From an uncultured Acidobacteriaceae bacterium (lineage in GTDB: Bacteria > Acidobacteriota > Terriglobia > Terriglobales > Acidobacteriaceae), in the NCBI GenBank assembly GCA_963819145.1, contig CAWFVB010000011.1, positions 55,234 through 119,233 of the forward strand: a DNA stretch of 64,000 nucleotides, read 5' to 3'. The position numbers and the translations under genes were made by a program. A model generated the notes under the pieces. It saw only the letters and a list, made by a program, of their open reading frames with translations, ran no database searches and was not told the origin of the DNA. Below, in pieces: positions 1-8,917 of this stretch (position 1 is its first letter; each line of letters begins with the position of its first letter).

Positions 1-323
1 TTCGGCACCTCATCCGACAGAAAGGGCGGAAAAATGTCGGGCAGGTGAACCTGCTTCGTGCCTTCGAAGTAGCCTTTAGAAAAGTCGAAGTTCTGGCTCA
101 TCACACTGAACTCGACGCGCTCCGCGCCAAGGATGTGGCGAATCTGGCGCAGCATCTCGTCCACCCGCACATCCGAACCCATATTGCGAGTGCCGTTGTA
201 TCCGGCGAAGAGCAAGTTCAGTTTGTCGCCCGGCTGCCAGGGCGTTCCTCCGCCCAGCATCCATCGGGCCTTGGCGCGCTCGATGTTGCCGCTGACCCAC
301 GCCTCCAGGACGAAATCCATCAT
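1..323 (-). CDS. N-terminal part of a polysaccharide pyruvyl-transferase-like protein (runs off the window edge)
   Basis: Absent from the ORF track because it has no stop in the window. My translation from ATG at 323: [66 protein letters not shown]... The [17 protein letters not shown] segment resembles the N-terminal G-Y-x-G-x-x-N-x-G-D signature of PS_pyruv_trans proteins. The ATG overlaps the TGA of the upstream reductase gene (ATGA). Confidence 0.4.
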   Translation of the reverse strand, partial: MMDFVLEAWVSGNIERAKARWMLGGGTPWQPGDKLNLLFAGYNGTRNMGSDVRVDEMLRQIRHILGAERVEFSVMSQNFDFSKGYFEGTKQVHLPDIFPPFLSDEVP

Positions 324-1453
324 GCGGCGCTACCTCCGCGAGCCGCGGGCCAGGGCTCGTACTTGTACTCGAAATGATTCTCACGGCTGAACTTGAGCAG
401 CGGAAAACTATACTGCGAAAACGGAACCGGCTTGCGCCCCAATTCGGAGGTCACGCGCGAGTTATCGAACACCGTGTTCCACACCAGATAGGGCATGAAG
501 ACCTTCATTAGCGCCGCGCCGTGCCCCAGCGAACCTTTGCGATTCGACAGGAAGTTCACCGAGCCCGAGAAAGGTTTCTCTGCAAACGGAACAAATACGG
601 GAGCGCGTTTCTGCTGCGCCTCGGACAGCGCCTTGGTCAATTCGCGGAACGTCTGCGACGAGGTCCCGGACGAAAGATGATAGGTCTCGAACTGCGGTTT
701 CTCTTTCTGGTGCAGAGTCGCGATCGCGTCGGCGACGAAGTCCACATTTACGATGTCAATCTTGTCAGTGGGCCGGAACGGCAGCACGGGCAAGCCGGCG
801 AGGAACACGAATGCCTTGACCATATCGAACTGAGTGGTCTCTGCGTGGCGGCTATCGCCCAGAACAATGCTGGGGCGAAAAACCGTTTTCGGAGTGTCGG
901 GCAGCAACACTCGGGTCATGTGCTCGCAGAATTTCTTGGTGCGGGCGTAGGGATCGTAGTCGGAACGGTCCCACTCGATGGAACGATCTTCGCTGACGAC
1001 TTCATTGCTGCGCTTGCCTGCAACCGCGACCGTACTCACTTCGCTGAAGCGCCGCAGACCGTGGTAGTGCTCGGCGTGCCGCGCCAGGGTCAGCACTTCG
1101 AGCGTGCCGCGCAGGTTCACGTTCAGGCAGCTTTTTTCCGACTTGCGGTTCAGGGAAGCTGCGCAATGAATCACCGAATCGGTGGTGTGCACCAGGCGAT
1201 CGTACTCATCGCGATCGAGGCCGAAGGAGGCGGAGGTCAGATCTCCGCAGAAGATTCGCACCTTCGTTTGCAAGTATTCATAAAATCGCGGGAAATCCAG
1301 ATGCAATTGCAAGGCACGCCAAAGGCGCATCTGCGCTTCCTGCGGATCGCGAGCGCGCACCAGCAGGTTCAAAGCGGCTTCGTGGCCTTGCAGCAGGTTG
1401 GCAGCGACGTGCGCGCCGATGTATCCGGTTGATCCGGTCAGGAATATCGCCAC
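320..1453 (-). CDS. NAD(P)-dependent thioester / fatty-acyl reductase family protein (SDR, NAD_binding_4 type)
   Basis: 377-aa ORF. Rossmann motif [13 protein letters not shown] and catalytic YxxxK (YARTK). Overall likeness to terminal thioester-reductase/FAR domains. 16-nt overlap with the upstream gene and ATGA overlap with the downstream gene. Confidence 0.8.
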   Translation of the reverse strand: MAIFLTGSTGYIGAHVAANLLQGHEAALNLLVRARDPQEAQMRLWRALQLHLDFPRFYEYLQTKVRIFCGDLTSASFGLDRDEYDRLVHTTDSVIHCAASLNRKSEKSCLNVNLRGTLEVLTLARHAEHYHGLRRFSEVSTVAVAGKRSNEVVSEDRSIEWDRSDYDPYARTKKFCEHMTRVLLPDTPKTVFRPSIVLGDSRHAETTQFDMVKAFVFLAGLPVLPFRPTDKIDIVNVDFVADAIATLHQKEKPQFETYHLSSGTSSQTFRELTKALSEAQQKRAPVFVPFAEKPFSGSVNFLSNRKGSLGHGAALMKVFMPYLVWNTVFDNSRVTSELGRKPVPFSQYSFPLLKFSRENHFEYKYEPWPAARGGSAA

Positions 1454-3780
1454 GTTGCTCCATTGGTCCCGGTCTTCACGGTGTCTCCGTTGGCGGGTGC
1501 AAGTTGAAGAGTGCGAGGAGGGCGGGTCTCCAGGGGCCGCCCCTCAATGAGCGGATAGGTCCAGCGGCGTAGCGCCGGAATGTGAATGTTGATCCAGTAT
1601 TCCCACCAGTCCAGCGAACGAGTGTCGTAGGCAAAGTCAGCCTGCTCTTCGGGCACGAGCGCATGCGAAAGTTTCTCGATGTTTTCGGCCGTGAAATCAT
1701 GTTCGTTCAACAGGATAAAGGGCTCGAACAACTCAATGAGCTTTTCCAGGCGCTCCAGATTGCGTTCGGTTTTGACCAGCGGCGCCTTCTTTAACGGTAG
1801 CGGCGACATGATGCGTTGGATGGACTTCACGATCGCCTTCTGGGCGGGCGCGGACATGCGGTTATAGCGCGTTTTCGAAACCGGGATCGCATCAAACCTC
1901 AGACGCAGCCAGGACTCCAGCCCTTCCTGCGCGCGGTAGTGCTTGCGGTGCGCCAGCGAGGTCAACTCGATCGAGCGACCCATGTCGCAGGGGTTGGTCA
2001 CCGAGGTCGCGAGTTGGTAGAGCGGGTCGTGCCTCCGTTCCATGACGGCCGCGGCAATCAGAGTCATGCCCGCACAAATGGCATCCACGGGAATAATATC
2101 GAGCCGTTTGCTCTCGTTTGAAGGCAACTGCCGAAAATATGTGCCCAACAGATAGGAGAGCGACGCCGACGTATTGATGCCCTCATTCCATCCACGAAAA
2201 GGCTTCGACACCGAGGTCTCGACAATTGCTGGACGCACCACCGCCACTGGCAAACCGGAGCCGTGTTGAATCATCAGCGACTCAGCCAGGCTTTTGGTGA
2301 GGGTGTAAGTGTTCGGCCAGCCTAATTCCTTTGCGCGACGGGTTCCAGCCTCGGTCAGGTAGGTCTTCAGCCAGCGGACGCGGCCTTTACGGATCTGATT
2401 GTCCAAGGCCGCACCGTGCAGGTCCTTCGCCGCATGCTCCTTGGACTGTGCTTGCATGCGCAGGTCGGAAGTGACTTCTTCACTCTCGGCCTGAGATTCA
2501 GCCTGCTTCACCAACTCGTGAAGCGAGTTCCACTCCTTTTCGGCGTCGAATCCGGGCAAGCCATGCGGATTGTAGTTCGGAGTCAGCTTTTCGCTGACTC
2601 GCCCATCCTGTTCACCGGCCACGTAGCAGGTGGAGAGATGCAGGAGTCCGGTATGGTCGGTCGACCGGACAAACTCGAGGATGTTCAAAGCCGCGTCGGT
2701 GTTGGTGCTGAGAGCGTCGCGCAGGTCGGGATTGAAGTCCGTCAGGCCAGAACTGTTGATAATCAGGTCCAGATTCTTCTGCAAACGGCGGGCGGTGTCG
2801 TCGCTCAGTCCGAGCCCCGGTTGGGTGACGTCTCCTTCGACGACCTCAATCTTTTCGCGTAAAAACTCGGGGAGTCCGTCTCCATGCTTTTCAAACAATG
2901 GATCGAAGACGGGCGATTCTTCCACCATTTTCTCGAAGCGTCGCTCTGCCGGGTTCGACTTCTGCCGCCGGATCAGCAGGAAGATTCGCTTCACTTCGGG
3001 CAAATCCAGAAGCGTGTTGGCCAGCCAGACCTTACCAATAAAACCGGTGACCCCGATCAGCATCACCTGCTTGCCGGAGAATGCCCGCCGCACGGAAAAC
3101 CCGGGCGCCTGTCTCTGACCGTCAAAATGAACGACGGGCCGCACCAGGCCCGGCGCCTGCCGCTCGGCTGGAATCACCGCCGCCCGCAGCGCTTCGACGG
3201 AAATGTCCAGTTGCCGCGCCAGAGTTTTCGGAGCGCGGCGCCCGTCCGGATTCTCCTCCCGGATGCGGGCGAAGGCTCCGCGCGGCCGGATGACGGGCTC
3301 GATCAAGCGGCCCGTTGCGGTGCCGTCGTGGAACTCCAGGCGATTACAGACGATCCGCTTCACGCCGAGATGCTGTGCCAGCGGGCGCATCACGTGCTCC
3401 AGTCCCTGGCTTACGAGCACGACCTCTGCCCCGCCTTGCACCAGTTCCTGCACTTTTTGGACTCCCCGCTCTTTCAATCGCGGCTTCAACTTGTAAAGAA
3501 AGAACTCTTCCCCCAGCAGATCAAGGCGGTCGCGAGTGACTCCGCGCAAAACGGTATGCACCGCCCGTGTGGCGAACTTGCGGTTTGTGGAATAGAGAAA
3601 CGGACGCAGGAGCGCCATCACGAAGATCTGTCCGCGGCGCCGGAAGCGCTCTGCGAACGTCTGGGCATTCCAGGTAAAGAACGCCACTGGCTCGACGACG
3701 GTGAGGTCGAGCAGGCTCCCCTCTACTCGCCAGTAGACGGTGGGTGCGGCCGTACTGGGATTGTGGTTTTGCTGTTCCAA
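1438..3780 (-). CDS. Fusion of a degenerate HAD-IB-like domain with a fatty acyl-CoA/ACP reductase (FAR, male-sterility type) domain
   Basis: 780-aa ORF. The N-terminal ~200 aa resemble HAD-IB (VVLVSQG...[21 protein letters not shown]). From residue ~235 there is a FAR-like Rossmann motif ([26 protein letters not shown]) and YxxxK (YTLTK), then a FAR C-terminal-like region. Confidence 0.8.
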   Translation of the reverse strand: MEQQNHNPSTAAPTVYWRVEGSLLDLTVVEPVAFFTWNAQTFAERFRRRGQIFVMALLRPFLYSTNRKFATRAVHTVLRGVTRDRLDLLGEEFFLYKLKPRLKERGVQKVQELVQGGAEVVLVSQGLEHVMRPLAQHLGVKRIVCNRLEFHDGTATGRLIEPVIRPRGAFARIREENPDGRRAPKTLARQLDISVEALRAAVIPAERQAPGLVRPVVHFDGQRQAPGFSVRRAFSGKQVMLIGVTGFIGKVWLANTLLDLPEVKRIFLLIRRQKSNPAERRFEKMVEESPVFDPLFEKHGDGLPEFLREKIEVVEGDVTQPGLGLSDDTARRLQKNLDLIINSSGLTDFNPDLRDALSTNTDAALNILEFVRSTDHTGLLHLSTCYVAGEQDGRVSEKLTPNYNPHGLPGFDAEKEWNSLHELVKQAESQAESEEVTSDLRMQAQSKEHAAKDLHGAALDNQIRKGRVRWLKTYLTEAGTRRAKELGWPNTYTLTKSLAESLMIQHGSGLPVAVVRPAIVETSVSKPFRGWNEGINTSASLSYLLGTYFRQLPSNESKRLDIIPVDAICAGMTLIAAAVMERRHDPLYQLATSVTNPCDMGRSIELTSLAHRKHYRAQEGLESWLRLRFDAIPVSKTRYNRMSAPAQKAIVKSIQRIMSPLPLKKAPLVKTERNLERLEKLIELFEPFILLNEHDFTAENIEKLSHALVPEEQADFAYDTRSLDWWEYWINIHIPALRRWTYPLIEGRPLETRPPRTLQLAPANGDTVKTGTNGATWRYS

Positions 3781-3884
3781 AATGTCTTGGTTCCTACTGC
3801 GGACGACCGGCCTAGACTTCAGACGAAGTTCCTATTGTAAACAATTGAGAGGATAGAACGAAGCCATAGTAGCGCCCCCCGCTT

Positions 3885-3905
3885 GCGAGGCCACGACCGC
3901 CTCGC
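3885..3905 (-). terminator. GC-rich hairpin downstream of the MFS gene (possible terminator, no U-tract)
   Basis: Perfect 7-bp inverted repeat gcgaggc (3885-3891) / gcctcgc (3899-3905) with a 7-nt loop, 29 nt past the MFS stop. No T-run follows on the minus strand. Confidence 0.2.
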
Positions 3906-3933
3906 GACAGCCGGCAAGATGCCGGCGCTACGG

Positions 3934-5226
3934 TTAGGCGTCAGCCGTTGTCCTTGGCTGTCTGCCAACGATCAGCGCCGTCGCACCGCTGATTGCGACG
4001 GTCCCGGCAATCGCCAGCAGCCCTCCGCGAAACCCACTGTGCGCCGTCCGAAAAAGTCCAATGATGTCGGGACCATAATATCCGCCAAGATTGGCGAGGG
4101 AGTTGATCAGGGCGATTCCGGCTGCCGCCGAAAGGCCGACCAGGCGCGAGGTCGCCATCGCCCAGAAGGGTCCCACCATCGACTCGGTGCAGACCAGACC
4201 CAAGCCAATTCCCGCCACGACCACAACTGCGGAACTGCCGTATCCCGCAACGACCAGGGCTGTGGCCCCCAGAAAAGCCGGAATTGCCGTGTGCCATCGA
4301 CGTTCCCCGGTGCGATCGGAGTGCATGCCGACCAGAACCATGACGACAGCCGCCGCCACGAATGGAATCGCGGCTACTAGGCCGGTTCGGATGTAACCCA
4401 ACCCTGACTGACTCTGGATGATGCTCGGCAGCCAGAGAGTGACTCCGTACATGGTGGTGGAAACTCCGAAATAGACAAGCGACAGCATCCAAATTCTGGG
4501 GCTGAGGACGACCTGCCAGAGGCTCCCTTGTGTCAGAGCCGATTCTGCCCGATGCTCGTAAGCCAATTTCTCGAGCAGCCACGTTCGTTCGTCCCCTTTC
4601 AACCAGCGTGCCTGTTGCGGTGTATCGAACAAAACCCAAGCCACGGTTGCTCCCAGGATGATGGCGGGAATACCCTCCATCAGGAACATCCACTGCCAGC
4701 CCGAAAGGCCTTTGCCGCTCAGCCCGAGCAAGGCTCCGGAAACCGGACTGCCGACGACACCCGCGATCGGATTCGCAGTCATGAACCAGGCTACGGCACG
4801 CGCCCGGGCGCTGGCCGGGAACCAGTGCTTCATGTAGAGGATCATGCCGGGGAAGAATCCGGCCTCGGCAGCGCCGAGCATGAAACGCATGGCGTAGAAA
4901 CTGATGGGTCCGCGGATAAAAACCATCAGGCACGAAATCACTCCCCAGGTCACCATCAAGCCGGAAATCCAGCGCCGGACGCCGAACTTTTCGAGCACTA
5001 GGTTGCTGGGAAGCTGGAATAGAAAGTACCCGGCGAAGAACATGCCGGCGGCACGGCCGTAGACGCGATCCGTCAAACCGAGTTGCCCCCGCATTTGCAG
5101 CACGGCGAAGCTGACGTTGATTCGATCGAGATAGGCAACGATGTAGAGCAGGAAGAGAAACGGCATCAGCCGCCACATCAGTCGGGAGATGACGGCGGAT
5201 TCGAGTCGGTCGGGGATAGTTTCCAA
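3934..5226 (-). CDS. MFS transporter, anion:cation symporter (ACS) type, probable sugar-acid (gluconate/hexuronate-like) permease
   Basis: Tracked ORF is 3934..5517, but its first ~100 codons overlap gntK and look non-coding. The conserved ACS N-terminus ESAVISRLMWRLMPFLFLLYIVAYLDRINVSFA needs a start upstream of the ATG at 5178. A TTG at 5226 fits. There are 12 TM-like segments. The start is uncertain (5226 or 5178). Confidence 0.8.
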   Translation of the reverse strand: METIPDRLESAVISRLMWRLMPFLFLLYIVAYLDRINVSFAVLQMRGQLGLTDRVYGRAAGMFFAGYFLFQLPSNLVLEKFGVRRWISGLMVTWGVISCLMVFIRGPISFYAMRFMLGAAEAGFFPGMILYMKHWFPASARARAVAWFMTANPIAGVVGSPVSGALLGLSGKGLSGWQWMFLMEGIPAIILGATVAWVLFDTPQQARWLKGDERTWLLEKLAYEHRAESALTQGSLWQVVLSPRIWMLSLVYFGVSTTMYGVTLWLPSIIQSQSGLGYIRTGLVAAIPFVAAAVVMVLVGMHSDRTGERRWHTAIPAFLGATALVVAGYGSSAVVVVAGIGLGLVCTESMVGPFWAMATSRLVGLSAAAGIALINSLANLGGYYGPDIIGLFRTAHSGFRGGLLAIAGTVAISGATALIVGRQPRTTADA

Positions 5227-5264
5227 GGGACAGTCCGGATCTCGAACAGCAAGTTCCGAGGATT

Positions 5265-5750
5265 CTACGCTAAGCGAAGCTTTTCCCGAATGTTGGCTAC
5301 TATCTGTGGCGGGGTGGAAGCAATATCGGCGACCACGGCGTCTTCGGGTTCTTCCAGGTCGTCGAACTGACTGGCCAGAATCGCCACGCCGGCGAAGTGT
5401 AGTTCGCGCGCACGCAGGCGCTGCGCGATCAAGTCCGCACTGCCTTTGAGATAGACGAAGCGGACTTGCGGCCCGACCGCGAGTTCTTGCCGGTAGCGGC
5501 GCTTCAGGGCTGAGCATGCTAGGACGACATTGCGCCCCTCGGCAGTCCAGTTCGTGATGGCTTCACGAAGGCGCTGCAGCCACGGCTGGCGATCTTCATC
5601 GGTGAGCGAAATGCCCTGTCGAATCTTCTCCACATTTGCTGGCGGATGAAAATCGTCCGCGTCGGCAAATTTCCATCCCAGTTGCCCCGCCAACAAAAGC
5701 CCCACGGTGGTCTTACCCGCGCCGACAACTCCCATCACAATCACGATCAT
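5265..5750 (-). CDS. gntK: Gluconokinase
   Basis: 161 aa. P-loop GVVGAGKTTVG followed by FADADDFHP..N..K, typical of GntK/IdnK thermoresistant gluconokinases. Confidence 0.9.
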   Translation of the reverse strand: MIVIVMGVVGAGKTTVGLLLAGQLGWKFADADDFHPPANVEKIRQGISLTDEDRQPWLQRLREAITNWTAEGRNVVLACSALKRRYRQELAVGPQVRFVYLKGSADLIAQRLRARELHFAGVAILASQFDDLEEPEDAVVADIASTPPQIVANIREKLRLA

Positions 5751-5766
5751 GGCGCAGATTCCTAAT

Positions 5767-6801
5767 TTATTTCTTGAGATATTTTTTCTCCACGCCGGTT
5801 CGGCTGTTGGTGATGGAGAACGAGCCGTCCGCTTCGGCTGACACCTTGAGGAACTTCCCTTCGCAAGGTTCTTTCACGTTCGCGATGCGCTCCTCGGCGA
5901 CGTTGTGGTCCCGGTCCGATTCTTCTGCATAGTGAAGCTGCCACAAGTCTTCAAGACCCGGAGAATCGTGGACGATCTGCCAGGCCGCGGGACTCGACCC
6001 CTTACGAGGACCGTTGTTAATAATGGCCACGCGGGGATGGAGTGCCCATACCAAGGCTTTCGGATTCGAAAGATCGGCACCATGATGCGTCACAAGGAAC
6101 AGATCGACCGAGCCCAGCAGATTGTTGGGACAGGCAAGTTCCAGCTCTTTCTTCTTGGTCAGGTCGCCGAGATCGAGGAACCGGAAGCGGCCGAAGGTGA
6201 TCAGGACGCCAAGGGAGCGGGCATTCTCGGTGTTATCTGCCGGCGCGTCAGGCTCCGCGGCACAATAATGGTTCGCCAATCCGGCTCCGGGCAACGGGCT
6301 CGCGATGTGCTCTCCGGCGGACGTCAAGGCACGAACTTCCATGCCTTTGATCGGCAGCCCCCAGCCCGGCTTTACGACGACGTGGGCATGCCCGGCGATA
6401 GCCTTCTCATAGGCCGCGTAGTCGGTGCGAGTCACCTCAGAATCCTCCAGATTCGGCCCATGGTCCACGAAGGTGCCGACCTTTATGCCATCCAGGAGTT
6501 GCGGGACGCCGCCGACGTGGTCGCGATGGTAGTGCGTGATCAGAACGTAGTCGAGCTGGGTGATTCCGGCTTGATGCGCGGCTGCCACGATGCGGTCGGC
6601 GTCGCGGCCTTCGGAGCCGGACCAGCCAGCATCAATCAGCAGCGATTGGCCCGAGGGGCTCACGACCAGGGTCGCTTGCCCACCCTCGACGTCAATGGAG
6701 TAGATCAGAAGCGGCTTGGTGGTGGCCGCTGGAGCTCCGGTGCACGGGAGGCTCGCAAGGCAGACACAAAGGCAGACAGCGGCAATCAGGACTTGACGCA
6801 T
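5767..6801 (-). CDS. Secreted MBL-fold metallo-hydrolase
   Basis: 344 aa. N-terminal signal peptide (MRQVLIAAVCLCVCLASLPCTGAPA) and HxHxDH motif (ITHYHRDHVGG). Confidence 0.85.
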   Translation of the reverse strand: MRQVLIAAVCLCVCLASLPCTGAPAATTKPLLIYSIDVEGGQATLVVSPSGQSLLIDAGWSGSEGRDADRIVAAAHQAGITQLDYVLITHYHRDHVGGVPQLLDGIKVGTFVDHGPNLEDSEVTRTDYAAYEKAIAGHAHVVVKPGWGLPIKGMEVRALTSAGEHIASPLPGAGLANHYCAAEPDAPADNTENARSLGVLITFGRFRFLDLGDLTKKKELELACPNNLLGSVDLFLVTHHGADLSNPKALVWALHPRVAIINNGPRKGSSPAAWQIVHDSPGLEDLWQLHYAEESDRDHNVAEERIANVKEPCEGKFLKVSAEADGSFSITNSRTGVEKKYLKK

Positions 6802-6901
6802 AGGTTCACACCTGATCGGGAGATGTTGCCGAAGATTATGCCATGCGGCAGGGAGTAAATTCGCAGAGGCCTCAGTAATTTTTTGGTCCGTCCCGTGGGA
6901 C

Positions 6902-7048
6902 TTACTTGCTTACTGGCACGACCGCGGAACTCCCGGCATGCGACGGGTGACTCGAGGCATCAACCGGCTGATAGACCATCGCAAAAACGATCAACACGCC
7001 GAGGAAGATCGAAAAGACCAGCAACCGAACTTTTTCGGTAGATCTCAT
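6902..7048 (-). CDS. Possible 48-aa single-pass membrane protein (below the ORF-track length cutoff)
   Basis: My translation: MRSTEKVRLLVFSIFLGVLIVFAMVYQPVDASSHPSHAGSSAVVPVSK*. GGAG lies 8 nt upstream of the ATG, and there is one clear hydrophobic helix. No homology evidence. Confidence 0.3.
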   Translation of the reverse strand: MRSTEKVRLLVFSIFLGVLIVFAMVYQPVDASSHPSHAGSSAVVPVSK

Positions 7049-7210
7049 ATAAAGACTCCGTATTTAGGACCTGCCAAAATATTATTTCGCACCCAGCGTC
7101 GTGGCTGTGAGTTGGATCACCGCCGGCAGTGACTTCGGTAATGGCGGCTGGGCCGCGCAAGAGAACCGCCAGACGTTAGGCGCAGATGGGAGGGGTTCGT
7201 CGTAGAATGC

Positions 7211-8254
7211 GTGCGAGGACACGACTTGAAGCTAAACGAGGATCCCCATCGCCGGCTGAACGCACTGACCAACGAGTGGGTGCTGGTTTCTCCTCAGCGT
7301 GCCACGCGACCCTGGCAGGGAGAAGTGACGTGGCTGGAAGAGAAAGCGGAACCCGCCTATGACCCGAATTGCTACCTCTGCCCCGGAAACACTCGGGCGG
7401 GAGGGATTGCCAATCCTCCTTACTCTTCGACATTCGTCTTTGAAAACGACTTCGCTGCTCTGAAGCCCCAAGTCGCCTGTGATCGTCGCGACGTCGAAAA
7501 CAAGGGATTGCTCGTCGCCGAGTCCGAGCCGGGTATTTGCCGTGTTCAATGTTTTTCTCCCCGCCACGACCTGACGTTGGCAACCATGGGACTGGCTGAG
7601 ATTGAGTTGGTGGTTCGCACCTGGATGGGACAGTTCCGGGAGTTAGGTGCCCTGGACTCCATCGACCACGTGCAGATATTTGAAAACCGCGGGGCGATGA
7701 TGGGCGCCAGCAATCCGCATCCCCATTGCCAGATCTGGGCGACCGCTTCGATTCCGGACGCGCCTGCGAAGGAACTCCTCGCACAGAGTGCGTACCGGAA
7801 GGCGAATGACGCTTGCTTGCTGTGCGATTACATGGGATTGGAAGATCAGCAGCAGGTGCGGGTCGTGTGGCAGAATGCGGGGTTTGTTGCACTGGTGCCC
7901 TTCTGGGCCCTGTGGCCATTTGAGATCCTGGTGTGCAGCCGCCGGCACATGGGAAACATGCAGGAATTCACCGCGGAGGATGTCCGCACTCTCAGTGAAA
8001 TTCTTCACCGCGTCACTTCGACCTACGACAAGGTTTTCGGAGTCCCTTTCCCTTATTCGATGGGCTTCCACCAGACGCCGACCGATGGCCAGGATCACCC
8101 GGAATGGCACTTCCATGGGCATTTCTATCCGCCGCTGCTGCGCTCCGCGACGGTCCGGAAGTTTATGGTGGGGTTCGAGATGCTGGGAACTCCCCAACGC
8201 GATATCACTCCCGAAATCGCCGCTGAACGGCTTCGCAAACTGGCGTGTCAGTAG
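7211..8254 (+). CDS. galT: Galactose-1-phosphate uridylyltransferase
   Basis: 347 aa. Zn-site CYLCPGN, active-site HPHCQ (SNPHPHCQIWA), and full-length similarity to class I GalT. Confidence 0.93.
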   Translation: MRGHDLKLNEDPHRRLNALTNEWVLVSPQRATRPWQGEVTWLEEKAEPAYDPNCYLCPGNTRAGGIANPPYSSTFVFENDFAALKPQVACDRRDVENKGLLVAESEPGICRVQCFSPRHDLTLATMGLAEIELVVRTWMGQFRELGALDSIDHVQIFENRGAMMGASNPHPHCQIWATASIPDAPAKELLAQSAYRKANDACLLCDYMGLEDQQQVRVVWQNAGFVALVPFWALWPFEILVCSRRHMGNMQEFTAEDVRTLSEILHRVTSTYDKVFGVPFPYSMGFHQTPTDGQDHPEWHFHGHFYPPLLRSATVRKFMVGFEMLGTPQRDITPEIAAERLRKLACQ

Positions 8255-8265
8255 TCACGTGCCCA

Positions 8266-8285
8266 AATCACAGGCCACTGTGATT
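8266..8285 (+). terminator. Hairpin just after galT (possible terminator, weak U-tract)
   Basis: Perfect 8-bp inverted repeat aatcacag (8266-8273) / ctgtgatt (8278-8285) with a 4-nt loop, 12 nt past the galT stop. Confidence 0.3.
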
Positions 8286-8328
8286 CCAATCGTCGTCCCC
8301 ACCTCTACCCCAAGCTAGCCTTAGGAGT

Positions 8329-8907
8329 TTGGGCGGGGACCCTCGTATGCGGGAGACCATCAAGCGCCTTTGGCCGGAGGTCGACTGGATTCAAGATCCC
8401 CAATTGCGCGAACAGGTTGTCGAGACCTGGATCAAAGCGCTGGAACGCAGCACCCTCAAGGCCGATGATCTGAACCAGATTCCGTTCACCCTGCTGGTTC
8501 CGAACTGTCCCATCACTTTCATGGAACACAAACGCTGCGTTGTGCATATCGCACGCGACAGTGCCGCGGCCATGCAAGATTTCATGGGTCGCGCCCTGCC
8601 CGTGCACATGGACACGGTGATCGCAGGCGCGATCCTGGCCGACGTAGGCAAACTGCTGGAGTACGAACTCGGCCCCGATGGGAAGAGCCGGCAAAGCGAG
8701 CGCGGGGAGGCGTTGCGCCATCCATTTACCGGAGTCGCGCTGGCGCTGGAGTGTGGAGTGCCGGAAGCCGTTTGCCACATCATCGCCTCTCATGCCGCCG
8801 AAGGCGACCTGGTCAAGCGAACCACAGAAGCCTTTATCGTGCATCACGCCGACTTCATGGCGTTCCTGCCGTTCAAGAATCCGAAAAACATCAAGGTACC
8901 GAAATAA
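8329..8907 (+). CDS. HD-domain protein (metal-dependent phosphohydrolase superfamily)
   Basis: 192 aa. H...HD-like pattern (VVHIARDS...ILADVGK...ASHAAEGD) typical of HD-domain proteins. An alternative ATG lies at 8347. The gene ends 10 nt before the PrpD-like gene. Confidence 0.7.
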   Translation: MGGDPRMRETIKRLWPEVDWIQDPQLREQVVETWIKALERSTLKADDLNQIPFTLLVPNCPITFMEHKRCVVHIARDSAAAMQDFMGRALPVHMDTVIAGAILADVGKLLEYELGPDGKSRQSERGEALRHPFTGVALALECGVPEAVCHIIASHAAEGDLVKRTTEAFIVHHADFMAFLPFKNPKNIKVPK

Positions 8908-8917
8908 GGAGAGAGCC

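Noticed and set aside
45-390. Plus-strand ORFs 45..377 and 133..390, and minus-strand ORF 76..384.
   Set aside because: A different minus-strand frame gives a clean N-terminus ([13 protein letters not shown]...[15 protein letters not shown]) that is ATGA-coupled to the upstream reductase. The tracked ORFs are Arg/Ala-rich shadows.
2012-2023. tRNA D-arm-like string agttggtagagc.
   Set aside because: It sits inside the FAR-fusion coding sequence. The flanks cannot form acceptor, anticodon or T arms, and there is no GTTCGAATC-like T-loop nearby.
5227-5517. N-terminal ~100-codon extension of the MFS ORF (tracked as 3934..5517).
   Set aside because: It overlaps the 3' part of gntK in another frame, is Arg-rich (RRRGRRY...), and lies upstream of the conserved MFS N-terminus. 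A TTG at 5226, just past the gntK stop, is the more plausible start.
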